This document shows, piece after piece, positions 46,995 to 56,819 of a DNA stretch of 64,000 bases (position 1 is its first letter; every line of letters begins with the position of its first letter). Where the stretch lies: contig JBBTVD010000003.1 in the NCBI GenBank assembly GCA_038063415.1, positions 8,489 to 72,488 of the forward strand. The letters run 5' to 3'. The position numbers and the translations under genes were made by a program. Source of the stretch: Patescibacteria group bacterium. GTDB lineage: Bacteria; Patescibacteriota; Microgenomatia; Levybacterales; UBA12049. The notes under the pieces are model-generated. The model was not told the origin of the DNA, searched no databases, and worked only from the letters and a program-made list of their open reading frames with translations.

Positions 46995-48518
46995 CTACTG
47001 CAAAACATTGATACGCTGTCTAAGCCTATCAAGTTTTGTCTGTACTCGATTACAGAATGATTGAATACGAGCTTGTACTTTCTTTTCCAACAACGTTGCC
47101 CGTTGTGCAACCGTGGGTTTACCTGCTGGAACGTACGTTACCATCGGTGTAACAGTAATCCCAACAGTTGGACTTGGTGTAACCGTCGGAGTTGCCATTA
47201 CTCCTTCTGCCTCATATATCGCAACCGGCCAGTACTTTCCTGTCAAAGAAAGAACGGCATACGAAGTCGTAAACGTCTCGCCTACTGAGGCTGTCTGCCA
47301 TTTGAAAGAACCATTTTCTTCCTGATTCCCTCGCAGATAAGCTTTTGCTTTATCGACAGGAGTTCCCGTTACATCCAATGCGGAGAGTGCCATCAGTGCC
47401 CAGGCCGTTGACGAAGCATTGGATGCTTCACCTGATAATGACCAGAATCCACCATCTGCATTTTGTGCTGCTAAGACATAGGCCTTTGCATTGGCAATAG
47501 CCAAAGGTAAGCCTGATGCTGCCAGTCCAGCTTTCTGTGCTGCAATCATAGCTTGGATTGCCGCCGCAGTATCATCAACATCGCTGTCTCCAGTAGTTGA
47601 CCAGCTAAATCCTCCATCGCTATTTTGCTCAGCGATGATAAATGTGAGCGTAGCTTGCTTTATGCTAAGCGAAGCATTGTCTCCTGCTGCGATAAGCGCA
47701 AGGAGCCCAAAGATATCATCATTTACCTGGGTCGTTGCACCAAGCTGAGAAGCTGTATAGTTACTCTCAAGCTGCCCGACATAATTTACTCCACCAAAAC
47801 TGTAGGGATTTTTGCCTGCCGCTGTGACTGCCAAGATGCCTCTTGCCCATTCACTTGCAGATGCTCCTACTGCTGGCGGTGTACCAATAAGGTATCCAAG
47901 CAAGTGAGTAGCATCTTTTTTAACAGATTCAGGATCTACCCCAGCTGCTGCAAAGGTTATGGCTGCCCAATGACTGACGCCAGAAAACCCGGTAATTTGC
48001 CCCGTTGGTTGTTGCTCAGAACGTAGGTAAGTCAGACCATCAGTAATTGCTCTTTTGGTGCTATCAATTAATGGGTCTTCAAAATGGAAATAAACGGAAT
48101 CTCCATTGGCAAGAAGCTGACTGGAGATACCTTGAGAAGCTGATGCTCCATTGAGATCGTATGACCAAAATGTTGAGAAATCAGAAGCTCCAGTATCAGA
48201 ACCAATCGACTGAAGGAACAAACCAAGTGATCCACCAAAATTCTTCACCGTATAGGCAAATCCACCAGTCTTGGCTGCCGCATCTAACGCACAAATGGCA
48301 TATGGCTGAGTAAAGTGATGAGACTGACCATCAGTATCACTGACAGTACAACCCTCAGTTGTGACATCTCCAAACCAAAGTGTTTTCTCTGAACCAACAA
48401 CTCGAACATGCGTCGCAATCGGTGCAGCAAAAACTGTTGGTGTATAATTTACCAGGGTACTAGTCGCGATGATCACGAAACTGAAGAGCGTTAGTACCCT
48501 TTTTTGTATTGTATTCAT
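46995..48518 (-). CDS. Secreted prenyltransferase/squalene-oxidase-repeat (alpha/alpha-toroid) protein.
   Basis: It has a signal peptide and repeated DGGF/GSF motifs (NSDGGFSWS, NADGGFWSLS, ENGSFKWQ) about 50 aa apart. It overlaps the upstream DUF4430 gene by 16 nt. Confidence 0.55.
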   Translation of the reverse strand: MNTIQKRVLTLFSFVIIATSTLVNYTPTVFAAPIATHVRVVGSEKTLWFGDVTTEGCTVSDTDGQSHHFTQPYAICALDAAAKTGGFAYTVKNFGGSLGLFLQSIGSDTGASDFSTFWSYDLNGASASQGISSQLLANGDSVYFHFEDPLIDSTKRAITDGLTYLRSEQQPTGQITGFSGVSHWAAITFAAAGVDPESVKKDATHLLGYLIGTPPAVGASASEWARGILAVTAAGKNPYSFGGVNYVGQLESNYTASQLGATTQVNDDIFGLLALIAAGDNASLSIKQATLTFIIAEQNSDGGFSWSTTGDSDVDDTAAAIQAMIAAQKAGLAASGLPLAIANAKAYVLAAQNADGGFWSLSGEASNASSTAWALMALSALDVTGTPVDKAKAYLRGNQEENGSFKWQTASVGETFTTSYAVLSLTGKYWPVAIYEAEGVMATPTVTPSPTVGITVTPMVTYVPAGKPTVAQRATLLEKKVQARIQSFCNRVQTKLDRLRQRINVLQ

Positions 48519-48535
48519 ATTTTCACCCCCTTCCT

Positions 48536-49252
48536 TTACCCAAATTTCCACACAATGGTGTCATTTGGTTTCGGATGAGTTAGGGAACAACCAAGCGGAC
48601 TACTCCCATTGACGGTAAATGTCCAGTTGTTTTGGTAGCCATTTATTTCGACAACGTATCGACTATTAAGAGATGCCATATAGGAATCATCAAACGTAAC
48701 TGACACAATTTTGCCTGTGTCTTTTGCTTTTTGTAACAGATCACAGACATTCATCCCATTGGTAATCTCAATAGGAAAGCGGGATGAAGCAGTAGGATCT
48801 TGTATTTCCAAGGTGGCGGTAGCAACAGTACTGGTAGGAGTTGGCGTTGACGTTGCTGGTGTCTGAATAACCTCTGTTGTTGGAGATATTGTTTGTGTAG
48901 TCGTACTTGCTTGCTGCTTGGAAGACGTGTCTGATTGAGTAGGTACGGAAGTACTTGTCGGAGTGAGACTGGAATCGATGGTTCCTGTTGCAGCCAAATG
49001 TTTCACCGGTGAAGGAGGAACGATGGTTTGCTCACCAAGAACTTTCTTTTGTGCATCAGTTGGCTGGATAATTTTTTTGCTGGTGCTAGCAATGGAGGCA
49101 TTTTCTTGTCGTGCAGCTTCTGATTTGATGGTAGCTGTTCTCTGTGCGGAGAGCACAAAAGAAATTGATGCAGTCAAAACAAAGGTGAAAATGAGAAGAA
49201 ATACAGGAAAAAGTGCATGTTGAAAAAGTGGTTGTAGGCGTCGTGTACTCAT
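48536..49252 (-). CDS. Membrane-anchored protein with an S/T-rich linker and a C-terminal DUF4430 (transcobalamin beta-domain-like) domain.
   Basis: The C-terminal IEITNGMNVCDLLQKAKDTG...YQNNWTFTVNGSSPLGCSLTHPKPNDTIVWKF fits the DUF4430 consensus. The start is taken at MSTRRL. Confidence 0.55.
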   Translation of the reverse strand: MSTRRLQPLFQHALFPVFLLIFTFVLTASISFVLSAQRTATIKSEAARQENASIASTSKKIIQPTDAQKKVLGEQTIVPPSPVKHLAATGTIDSSLTPTSTSVPTQSDTSSKQQASTTTQTISPTTEVIQTPATSTPTPTSTVATATLEIQDPTASSRFPIEITNGMNVCDLLQKAKDTGKIVSVTFDDSYMASLNSRYVVEINGYQNNWTFTVNGSSPLGCSLTHPKPNDTIVWKFG

Positions 49253-49429
49253 ATTTTTCTCCCTTTGCTCGAAGGAAAGAAAACACGGTATCAAAAATCT
49301 GCGATCTGACTGTAACAGTTACGGCATAGCGCTGAATCCCACAGCTTTCGGATTTTTGACAGTTATGTTGTGTTCCAATTACTTAAACTACACTAAATAT
49401 GGATATTGGGTCAACTGGATCTTTATATA

Positions 49430-50518
49430 TCACGAATACTTTTCGCGAAGACGCATAAATGGCTTCTCAACACATCGATAGAGAACGTAGGAAGCAAGAA
49501 AAGCCGCAATGAGCGCGATAGGTGCCATATATTCAAGAGGCATTTTATCCAATAAATTACCTTTGACCAAATCAAACATCGGAAGATGAATAAGATAAAG
49601 TGAGTATGATAAAACACTTATCCAAGTAATAGGGACACTAATGGCCTTTATCTTACCCAAAAAATGATTAACAAACGTATTTTTCTCAAGGAAAGGAATA
49701 AGCAGCGCGATTGAGATACTTAACAGTGGGAAAGCAGCTACACGGGCAAACAATGATGTCTCAAGCACACCAAAAGGGAAGTATTTCCAGAATTGATAGG
49801 CAAGTCCAGCAATAATAGCCAGTGGAAGGATGATAAACCAGGGCTTTTGAAAGAGGCTATACCACGTTGATCGTTGCAGCTTCACCCCAGCCATAAGCAC
49901 CCCAATAATGAGCGAATCAAAACGGAAAAAGATATGTTTCCTCATATCATCAAATCCAGGCTGGAAGAAAAAGACATAGGCAAAACGAGCAAGCAATACA
50001 AAAATAATAAAGAGTAAAAGAAAATAAAGGATTTTCCCTTTGAAGAGTTTTATCTTGTAGGCGAAAAAGAGCAAGATGGGGAGAAGGAAATAAAACCACT
50101 CTTCAATTGCCAAGCTCCATGACACACCAAAGAAATTTAAGGCTTCATGGGAAAAGTTTTGCAGAAAAACAAAATGGAGTAAATGTGGATCAAATTGTTG
50201 CGTTGCAAAAGCTGCTGAACCAACAAACGTTATGAGCAGGACGTAATAAAGTGGGAGTGTCCGAAACCATCGCCGGATATAAAATCGTTTAACGGTATGA
50301 GCATGTATGCCCTCTCCAAATTCACGAAGTACAATCCCACCAATAAGAAATCCACTCAAAACGAAAAATAATTCGACACCAAGAATACCCAAAATGTCTC
50401 CGATAAGTGTTGATTTTGGGAAGGCAATAAAATAGTTAAAAACGTGATTAATCAGTACAAAGATAATTGCTGTTGCACGCAAAAGATCCAATCCAAAATT
50501 TCTCGTTTTCATCTGCAT
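49430..50518 (-). CDS. Acyltransferase family 3 (OafA-like) membrane O-acyltransferase.
   Basis: It has the N-terminal LDLLRATAIIFVLINH and about 10 TM helices. Confidence 0.8.
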   Translation of the reverse strand: MQMKTRNFGLDLLRATAIIFVLINHVFNYFIAFPKSTLIGDILGILGVELFFVLSGFLIGGIVLREFGEGIHAHTVKRFYIRRWFRTLPLYYVLLITFVGSAAFATQQFDPHLLHFVFLQNFSHEALNFFGVSWSLAIEEWFYFLLPILLFFAYKIKLFKGKILYFLLLFIIFVLLARFAYVFFFQPGFDDMRKHIFFRFDSLIIGVLMAGVKLQRSTWYSLFQKPWFIILPLAIIAGLAYQFWKYFPFGVLETSLFARVAAFPLLSISIALLIPFLEKNTFVNHFLGKIKAISVPITWISVLSYSLYLIHLPMFDLVKGNLLDKMPLEYMAPIALIAAFLASYVLYRCVEKPFMRLREKYS

Positions 50519-50534
50519 TTTATAGTAGCATAGT

Positions 50535-51119
50535 TTATTTCTTTTTGTGCAGAGAGGCACTGATGAGGAAGAACGTTACTCCTGCACCAGCGATGCCACC
50601 AACCAAAAGGATGCCGATAAAAAACCAGATACGCTTGCTAAGCTCTTCTGCTGCAAAAAAAGATGCAGGTTCACGAGCCCGTATTTCTATGCCTGCACTT
50701 TCTTTTTCAACATCACTCCCCCACTGAAAATCAATATCGTAGGTGGCATCTTCAGTAAAGGTATATTCTATCCCAACGGTACCGCTACTATCGGTAAGTA
50801 CTTTCTCTGTATGGAGTGTTTTTGTCTCAGTTTGTGCTTCTTGCCCAACATATTGATTTACCTGTAATTTTTCAACCAACATCTCTCCTTGAAGGTTTGG
50901 TATCGGATTGCCATTGGTATCCGTAATCGAAAAAGATACAGCAACTTCTTCACCAACAAAAGGAGAGCGTGGATTTTGCGTAATCTGTACCTGATATTGA
51001 TCAAATGTGCCTACAGAACGCATCTCTGTACTGGAATGGGCAGAGACAGCTACCGCACCAAATGAGAAAAAGAGAGCTGAGAAAAAAACACTTATGCCGT
51101 AGAAGAAAGGATAGTGCAT
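50535..51119 (-). CDS. Hypothetical secreted protein with a C-terminal TM anchor.
   Basis: It has a signal-peptide-like N-terminus and a C-terminal hydrophobic helix followed by HKKK. Confidence 0.4.
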   Translation of the reverse strand: MHYPFFYGISVFFSALFFSFGAVAVSAHSSTEMRSVGTFDQYQVQITQNPRSPFVGEEVAVSFSITDTNGNPIPNLQGEMLVEKLQVNQYVGQEAQTETKTLHTEKVLTDSSGTVGIEYTFTEDATYDIDFQWGSDVEKESAGIEIRAREPASFFAAEELSKRIWFFIGILLVGGIAGAGVTFFLISASLHKKK

Positions 51120-51182
51120 AGAGACAATTTATTATAGAAGAAACTATTTACTTTACACAATGCGGTATAATAATGTGCTCAT

Positions 51183-51836
51183 ATGGAAGACGTAACGATC
51201 ACCCGTTCCTTTAGTAGAAAAAGCCTTTCGCTACATATCGAATCTGATGGAAGCATCTTGGTCAAAGCACCCTTTTTTATTACAAAGGGAACTATTCATG
51301 CTTTTATCAAAAAGCATGAAGCTTGGATCACCAAAAAACAATTAGCTTTACGAGAAAGATCGATAGAAAAAGCCTCTGATAACTATCTTTATTTGGGCAA
51401 GGTATATGAACTCGTCGTGAGGTCAAACCAAAAAAACATTATAGAACTTGAAGATAAGCTCTACATTGGCAGCGCCAATAAAAAATTGGCTAGCACCTAT
51501 CTGACGAGCTGGTACAAACAACAGGCCCGGAAGCTAATCGTTGAACGAGCACAACGCTATGCAAAAATTACTGGAGTAACGTACCGTTCAATCAAAATAA
51601 CAACAGCAACAACACGGTGGGGTTCCTGTAGTAGCCAAAAAACACTCAACTTTAATTGGAAGCTCATTATGGCACCAATAGAAGTACTCGATTATGTCGT
51701 CGCACACGAACTAGCACATCTTTCGGAAATGAACCATTCACGAGCTTTCTGGGAAACGGTGAGAAAAATGTATCCTTTGTATCGAGAATATCGCACCTGG
51801 CTAAAAAGATACGGACATAGCCTTACCGTCGAGTGA
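51183..51836 (+). CDS. YgjP-like metal-dependent hydrolase (DUF45 / M48-like, HExxH).
   Basis: TRWGSCSSQKTLNFNWKLIMAPIEVLDYVVAHELAHL matches the YgjP/WLM-like zinc motif. Confidence 0.8.
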   Translation: MEDVTITRSFSRKSLSLHIESDGSILVKAPFFITKGTIHAFIKKHEAWITKKQLALRERSIEKASDNYLYLGKVYELVVRSNQKNIIELEDKLYIGSANKKLASTYLTSWYKQQARKLIVERAQRYAKITGVTYRSIKITTATTRWGSCSSQKTLNFNWKLIMAPIEVLDYVVAHELAHLSEMNHSRAFWETVRKMYPLYREYRTWLKRYGHSLTVE

Positions 51837-51907
51837 GAATTGTAAGATTTTGGACACAATACATAAAAGAGGTTGACAGGATAGAGAAAATAATTTAAGC
51901 TATATTT

Positions 51908-52234
51908 ATGGATCAAGGCAATACACCAAACGGGACAGACCAATCAACTCCAGTAATTCCTACAGTGCCAGTAGAGACTCCTTCGAGTAGTAGTACTATG
52001 GGAGATGCAAGTACGCCAGCAACAACAACGACACCTGAGCCAGTTATCCCTCCAGCGCCTTTATCACCTGAACCGACATCTCAGACACCAGAAGTTCCTG
52101 TTATGCCAGAGCCAAGTCAATCAACTCCTGAAGTAACCACACCAGAAACTCCTGCGGCACCGATTAATCCAATGCCTGAATCACCTATGCCAAATACAAC
52201 ACCTGTAGAACCTCCTACAACTCCTCAAGCATAA
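51908..52234 (+). CDS. Pro/Thr-rich low-complexity hypothetical protein.
   Basis: It has a TP/EP repeat-like composition and no signal peptide. It may be a spurious ORF. Confidence 0.3.
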   Translation: MDQGNTPNGTDQSTPVIPTVPVETPSSSSTMGDASTPATTTTPEPVIPPAPLSPEPTSQTPEVPVMPEPSQSTPEVTTPETPAAPINPMPESPMPNTTPVEPPTTPQA

Positions 52235-52267
52235 TACGAGTTTTATAGTAAATGTTATAATAATCAG

Positions 52268-53488
52268 ATGAAACAGAAGACTATTCTCTTAGGAGTTACC
52301 AGTGGCATTGCCGCGTATAAAACACTTGACCTCATAGCACTCCTTCGTAAAGAAGGCCATAACGTTTTGGTTATCATGACACAAGCTGCCACAAAAATGC
52401 TCCCACCAAAAGAGTTAGAAAAAGCATCAGGCAATCCTGTAGTGTATGACATGTTTCCAAAAGATTTTCAGTACAAAAAAGTTCTTGCATCGCGATCTGT
52501 TGACCATATTGCGCTTGCTGATACAGCAGATCTTATGGTGATTGCCCCAACAACAGCAAATACCCTTGCTAAACTTGCTCATGGTATCGCTGATAATCTT
52601 CTTACCACAACTGCCCTCGCAGTAACTGCACCGATTATGCTTTGTCCTTCAATGAATGTGCATATGTGGGAGAATCCTGCAATTCAGGACAATCTTTTTG
52701 TTCTCAAAAAACGAAGCTTCCACATCATCAATCCTGAATCTGGCATGCTGGCTTGCGGCTATGAAGGTATGGGCAAACTAGCAAATGTCAACACCATTTT
52801 TACTGAAATAAAAAAACAACTCACCATGCAACAATCATTCCAAGGCAAAAAAATTCTGGTTACCGCAGGTGGAACAACAGAGAAAATTGATGACGTCAGA
52901 TATATAACCAACAGAAGTTCAGGGAAAATGGGTGCTGCAATAGCTGAAGAGTATGCTCGAAGAGGTGCTGACGTATTGCTCCTTCGGGCAGCTACAGCGG
53001 TGAGAACCACTCATCACATTAAGGAAAAAACCTTTTCTTCTTCAGAAGACCTTCTTGCCCTGCTAAAAAATTATGTGACTGACTACGACTACATCTATCA
53101 CACTGCAGCAGTTTCAGATTTTGCTGTCAGCAATAAAATTACAGGAAAAATCTCGAGCAAAAAAGCTGTTACCCTTCATTTGAAACCTCAGGTCAAAATA
53201 CTTGACCAAATTAAAAAAATGAACCCAAATATTAGACTGATTGCTTTTAAAGCAGAATCCCTTTCTGACAGAAAGAAGCTCACAGCAATTGCTTATAAAC
53301 GTCTTAAAGAAGCCGGCGCAGCTGCTATCGTTGCTAATGATATTAGTAAAAACGATCGTGGCTTCGGGACAGAGACCAATGAAGTGTCTATCATACTTGC
53401 TGATGGATCAAGCACATTTATTCCATTACAGACAAAACAACAGGTTGCCCATGAAATTATTGACTATGTGACTCAAAATATTACTTAA
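52268..53488 (+). CDS. coaBC: Bifunctional phosphopantothenoylcysteine decarboxylase / phosphopantothenate-cysteine ligase.
   Basis: The N-terminal flavoprotein half carries ILLGVTSGIAAYK, and the C-terminal CoaB half carries VTAGGTTEKIDDVRYITNRSSGKMG. Confidence 0.9.
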   Translation: MKQKTILLGVTSGIAAYKTLDLIALLRKEGHNVLVIMTQAATKMLPPKELEKASGNPVVYDMFPKDFQYKKVLASRSVDHIALADTADLMVIAPTTANTLAKLAHGIADNLLTTTALAVTAPIMLCPSMNVHMWENPAIQDNLFVLKKRSFHIINPESGMLACGYEGMGKLANVNTIFTEIKKQLTMQQSFQGKKILVTAGGTTEKIDDVRYITNRSSGKMGAAIAEEYARRGADVLLLRAATAVRTTHHIKEKTFSSSEDLLALLKNYVTDYDYIYHTAAVSDFAVSNKITGKISSKKAVTLHLKPQVKILDQIKKMNPNIRLIAFKAESLSDRKKLTAIAYKRLKEAGAAAIVANDISKNDRGFGTETNEVSIILADGSSTFIPLQTKQQVAHEIIDYVTQNIT

Positions 53489-53972
53489 GAACACGAAGTA
53501 ATTGCTTCTTTAGCGCTTCCTCTCCATCGCTATTATTAGTGATTGCAATATACGAAAGCGTAGATGGCTCAAAAGAACGTACCATCTTTTTCGCATATAC
53601 AAGATCGAGGGGAAATTTTTTCCTCTTTTGGAGACGTTGCTCACGAATTAGTTCTTGTGTTTCTATAAGGAAAAATGTGGACTCAGGAAATGCCGCAAGA
53701 AATGCTTCACGATATTTTTCTTTAATAAACGTTTGGGAGATTACCAGCTTTTCTGTATGCTTCTGTAGTTTCTGAACACTTTTGATAAGCTTTACAAAAA
53801 AGACATCCCGCATGCTATCCGTAACGATAGCTCTTTTTTGAATTGCTTCCAGCATATTTGGAGGAAGATCGAGATCTCCATCATGAAGATAGTAGCCGAA
53901 GTTCTTTTGCAAGAGCTCCCCAACAAATGTTTTCCCCGCTCCCGGTAACCCAAATAAAACGAGTATTTCCAT
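53481..53972 (-). CDS. P-loop kinase of the gluconokinase/shikimate-kinase superfamily.
   Basis: It has Walker A GLPGAGKT. DGDLDLPPNMLEAIQKRAIVTDSMRDVF parallels GntK DGDFLHPRRNIEKMASGEPLNDDDRKPW. Confidence 0.55.
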   Translation of the reverse strand: MEILVLFGLPGAGKTFVGELLQKNFGYYLHDGDLDLPPNMLEAIQKRAIVTDSMRDVFFVKLIKSVQKLQKHTEKLVISQTFIKEKYREAFLAAFPESTFFLIETQELIREQRLQKRKKFPLDLVYAKKMVRSFEPSTLSYIAITNNSDGEEALKKQLLRVLK

Positions 53973-54120
53973 TGAGAAAGTATAGCACAGCAACCAATTG
54001 TTACTTTGGCTTCTTTTGCCAGGCCCATATAGTTATCGTGTAGCAAATGATACATGGTGAAACAAGAGTTATACTACGCGCTCTCTGTTCAAAAGACGGT
54101 TGTTTGCGTATAATCGTTAT

Positions 54121-54786
54121 ATGCGGGAAGTAAAGATTGATGCATCATGGAAAAAAGCACTTGCGGGAGAATTTCAAAAACCATACTGGGAAGAACTTAC
54201 CAGTTTTACCCGCGAGCAATACACGACAAAAAAAGTGTATCCACCAGCACCCAATATATTCCGAGCATTTGATCTCTGTCCTTTTGACTCGGTCAAAGTA
54301 GTTATTGTCGGACAAGATCCCTATCATGGAGCTGGACAAGCAAATGGCTTATCCTTTGCCGTCAATGAAAAGGTGCCACTGCCTCCATCGCTAAAAAATA
54401 TCTATCAGGAAATCCGAAACGACTTGGGTATTGCCCCACTCCAATCAGGAGACCTTTCGAGGTGGGCTACCCAGGGAGTACTCATGCTCAACAGTGTCCT
54501 CACCGTTGCAGCAGGACAGCCAACATCACATGCAGGCAAAGGGTGGGAACAATTTACCGATGCTGCGATTCAGGTACTGACTGCAAAAAGGAACCATATT
54601 GTCTATATGCTCTGGGGAAGATACGCACAAAACAAAGGTGCCGTCATTGATCGGGAAAATAATTTAGTGTTGCAATCAGGACATCCCTCTCCTTATTCTG
54701 CATCACTTTTTTTTAACAAACATCATTTTAGTCAGACCAATAAGTATCTTGAAGAAAATGAGCTCTCCCCGATTGATTGGCACTAG
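54121..54786 (+). CDS. ung: Uracil-DNA glycosylase, family 1.
   Basis: It has the water-activating loop GQDPYHG, the Pro-rich loop, LLLN-type VLMLNSVLTV and the His motif GHPSPYSA. Confidence 0.9.
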   Translation: MREVKIDASWKKALAGEFQKPYWEELTSFTREQYTTKKVYPPAPNIFRAFDLCPFDSVKVVIVGQDPYHGAGQANGLSFAVNEKVPLPPSLKNIYQEIRNDLGIAPLQSGDLSRWATQGVLMLNSVLTVAAGQPTSHAGKGWEQFTDAAIQVLTAKRNHIVYMLWGRYAQNKGAVIDRENNLVLQSGHPSPYSASLFFNKHHFSQTNKYLEENELSPIDWH

Positions 54787-54884
54787 AGAAGCCTGCCAAT
54801 AATTCCTGCAACTATTAGTGAGGCAAGAAACAGAGCGATAGCCCAATGAGTCCCAAGCTAGTAATTACTTCTAGCTAAATAGGT

Positions 54885-56594
54885 TTAAAGTGAAACGTTA
54901 TTTACAATATTATTGTAGAGGTTTTCTGTAGTTTGATTAGGAAGCAGTTCTTTGGCTTTTTGTGCTTCTATGAGTGCACTTTTTTTGTTACCAAGCTTAT
55001 AATCCGCTACTGCTTGAATAAACCATAAACTGCCGTTCTCAGGAAATTTTTTAAGCCCTTCTTCGCTTATTTTTTGTGCTTGAATAAATTCTCCTTTCTG
55101 CTGTATAAGCATACGAGCAAGATTGTAATAGACAACGCCGTTATCATCAACAAGAAGTCCCTTCTTATACACTTCTTCCGCTCGTGGGAAATTCCTTTCC
55201 ATTTCATAATTGCCTGCAAGATTGACATAAAGTGCTGTTTCTCGTGGATTTCGAGTAAGTAATGCTGCGAAGTGTTGTTCTGCTTTACGATATCTACCAG
55301 CAGTTACTAATTCAATGGCAAGTGCATTTTGAATTCTATCATTTGTCTGATATTGTATATCATTACTGTAAAGGGCAAGCCCATTTACCCAGTTAGTATT
55401 ACGAATCATTGTTCGAAAAGAGAAAATAATAATAATGATAATTGCGAAAGCTATTCCCGCATATCTTATAGGTAAAGGTATCCGTTTTATCGTAGACACG
55501 CAAACGCCGATTAATCCTAAAGCTCCAATCATTGCGAAATAAAAATATCGATCAGCAACTGTAAAATCAAGCGGTATTATTTGCATATGTACTCCAATCC
55601 CAACTGAAACCCACACCATGAAAAAAATAAATCCTGAAAAATTACGTTTGTTTGTTTTCAATACCCAGATTCCTAAGAGAAAAATTCCTGTAAGAACAAG
55701 GATTGCTAGTATCAATGGTATGTAGAATTGTTCTCCTAAACCTGGAATGCTCCAGAGTTGTAAGATAAATAAATCTTTTGGGAAAAAGAACGTCTCTATA
55801 TAGAACCAAACTATTGCCGGCATGGTAAAAACACGATCGGCAAGCGGAGCAGTCATCATAGGAACATCCGGTATTTTTTCAATATGTACATTTGCTAGAA
55901 TAAATCGCAGAAAGAGGTAACCAATAAACGGAATTATTGTAAGAGCAATAACTGCTAAGAAGTTCCATCGCTTACGGGCAAAAAGAAAATAATAGCTAAC
56001 AATTAGTATCAAGAAGACGATGCCTGTTTCTTTAGCAAAAAGAGAACAAAGAAGGAGTATCCCTACAAAAATAGCTTGTTTTATGCCAGCCTTTCTCTGA
56101 AATAGAAGTAAAGCTGTCAAGCCAAAAAATACAAAAAGTGGTTCTCCCAAAGCAGAGATGTAAGATACAGCCTCCACATTTAATGGATGAATTAAAAAAA
56201 TCATTGCCAATATAAAAGCGATCTGGTCTTTAATAATTTTTTTGAAGACAAAGAATATAAGAATTGTATTTGTAATATGAATAGCAATTTGCGTGAGGTG
56301 GAAAAGAAAAGGTTGTGCTCCAGTTATCGCATAGATGATAGAAAAAATAAATGACATAAGTGGGCGATAGTATGTCCCAGTGCCCGTTATACCACTTTGA
56401 GGGGCATATGTCCCGCCAAGAAACAGGGAGGGTACATTTGCTAATGAATGAATAAGACTATTTTGTTGTATTTGTGCGATGTCGTCCCATATAAATGCCC
56501 CAAAAAGACTGTTAAAATAAACAAGAAATCCTATTCCTATAAATAATAGATATTTTTTATATTTCTCTAAAAACGTATTTTCTTCAAGATTCAT
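54885..56594 (-). CDS. Multi-TM membrane protein with C-terminal TPR repeats (TMTC/PMT-like putative GT-C glycosyltransferase).
   Basis: Its N-terminal roughly 400 aa carry about 10 TM helices and a YRPL motif. Its C-terminal roughly 150 aa carry TPR repeats. Confidence 0.55.
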   Translation of the reverse strand: MNLEENTFLEKYKKYLLFIGIGFLVYFNSLFGAFIWDDIAQIQQNSLIHSLANVPSLFLGGTYAPQSGITGTGTYYRPLMSFIFSIIYAITGAQPFLFHLTQIAIHITNTILIFFVFKKIIKDQIAFILAMIFLIHPLNVEAVSYISALGEPLFVFFGLTALLLFQRKAGIKQAIFVGILLLCSLFAKETGIVFLILIVSYYFLFARKRWNFLAVIALTIIPFIGYLFLRFILANVHIEKIPDVPMMTAPLADRVFTMPAIVWFYIETFFFPKDLFILQLWSIPGLGEQFYIPLILAILVLTGIFLLGIWVLKTNKRNFSGFIFFMVWVSVGIGVHMQIIPLDFTVADRYFYFAMIGALGLIGVCVSTIKRIPLPIRYAGIAFAIIIIIIFSFRTMIRNTNWVNGLALYSNDIQYQTNDRIQNALAIELVTAGRYRKAEQHFAALLTRNPRETALYVNLAGNYEMERNFPRAEEVYKKGLLVDDNGVVYYNLARMLIQQKGEFIQAQKISEEGLKKFPENGSLWFIQAVADYKLGNKKSALIEAQKAKELLPNQTTENLYNNIVNNVSL

Positions 56595-56819
56595 AATAAG
56601 GAAGGACCTATAAATAACAATAACATCATTTAAAGATTTATTACAAGGCATCTTTTGCTATGAGTCCTTAATAATGAAACATTCGGTGTAAGCTGAATGT
56701 ATGAGGGTAAAACCAAAAGAAATCACCGAAACATTTAAGAAAAACAACTCTGTTGCCGAACCAACAATGAATAAAATATTTCAAATGAAGGAAGAGATTT
56801 ATTATTTCTAAACTGCCGT

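Noticed and set aside
51908-52234. The Pro/Thr-rich 108-aa ORF as a real cell-surface mucin-like protein.
   Set aside because: It has no signal peptide or anchor, and its extreme low complexity makes a chance ORF plausible. It is kept as a low-confidence feature only.
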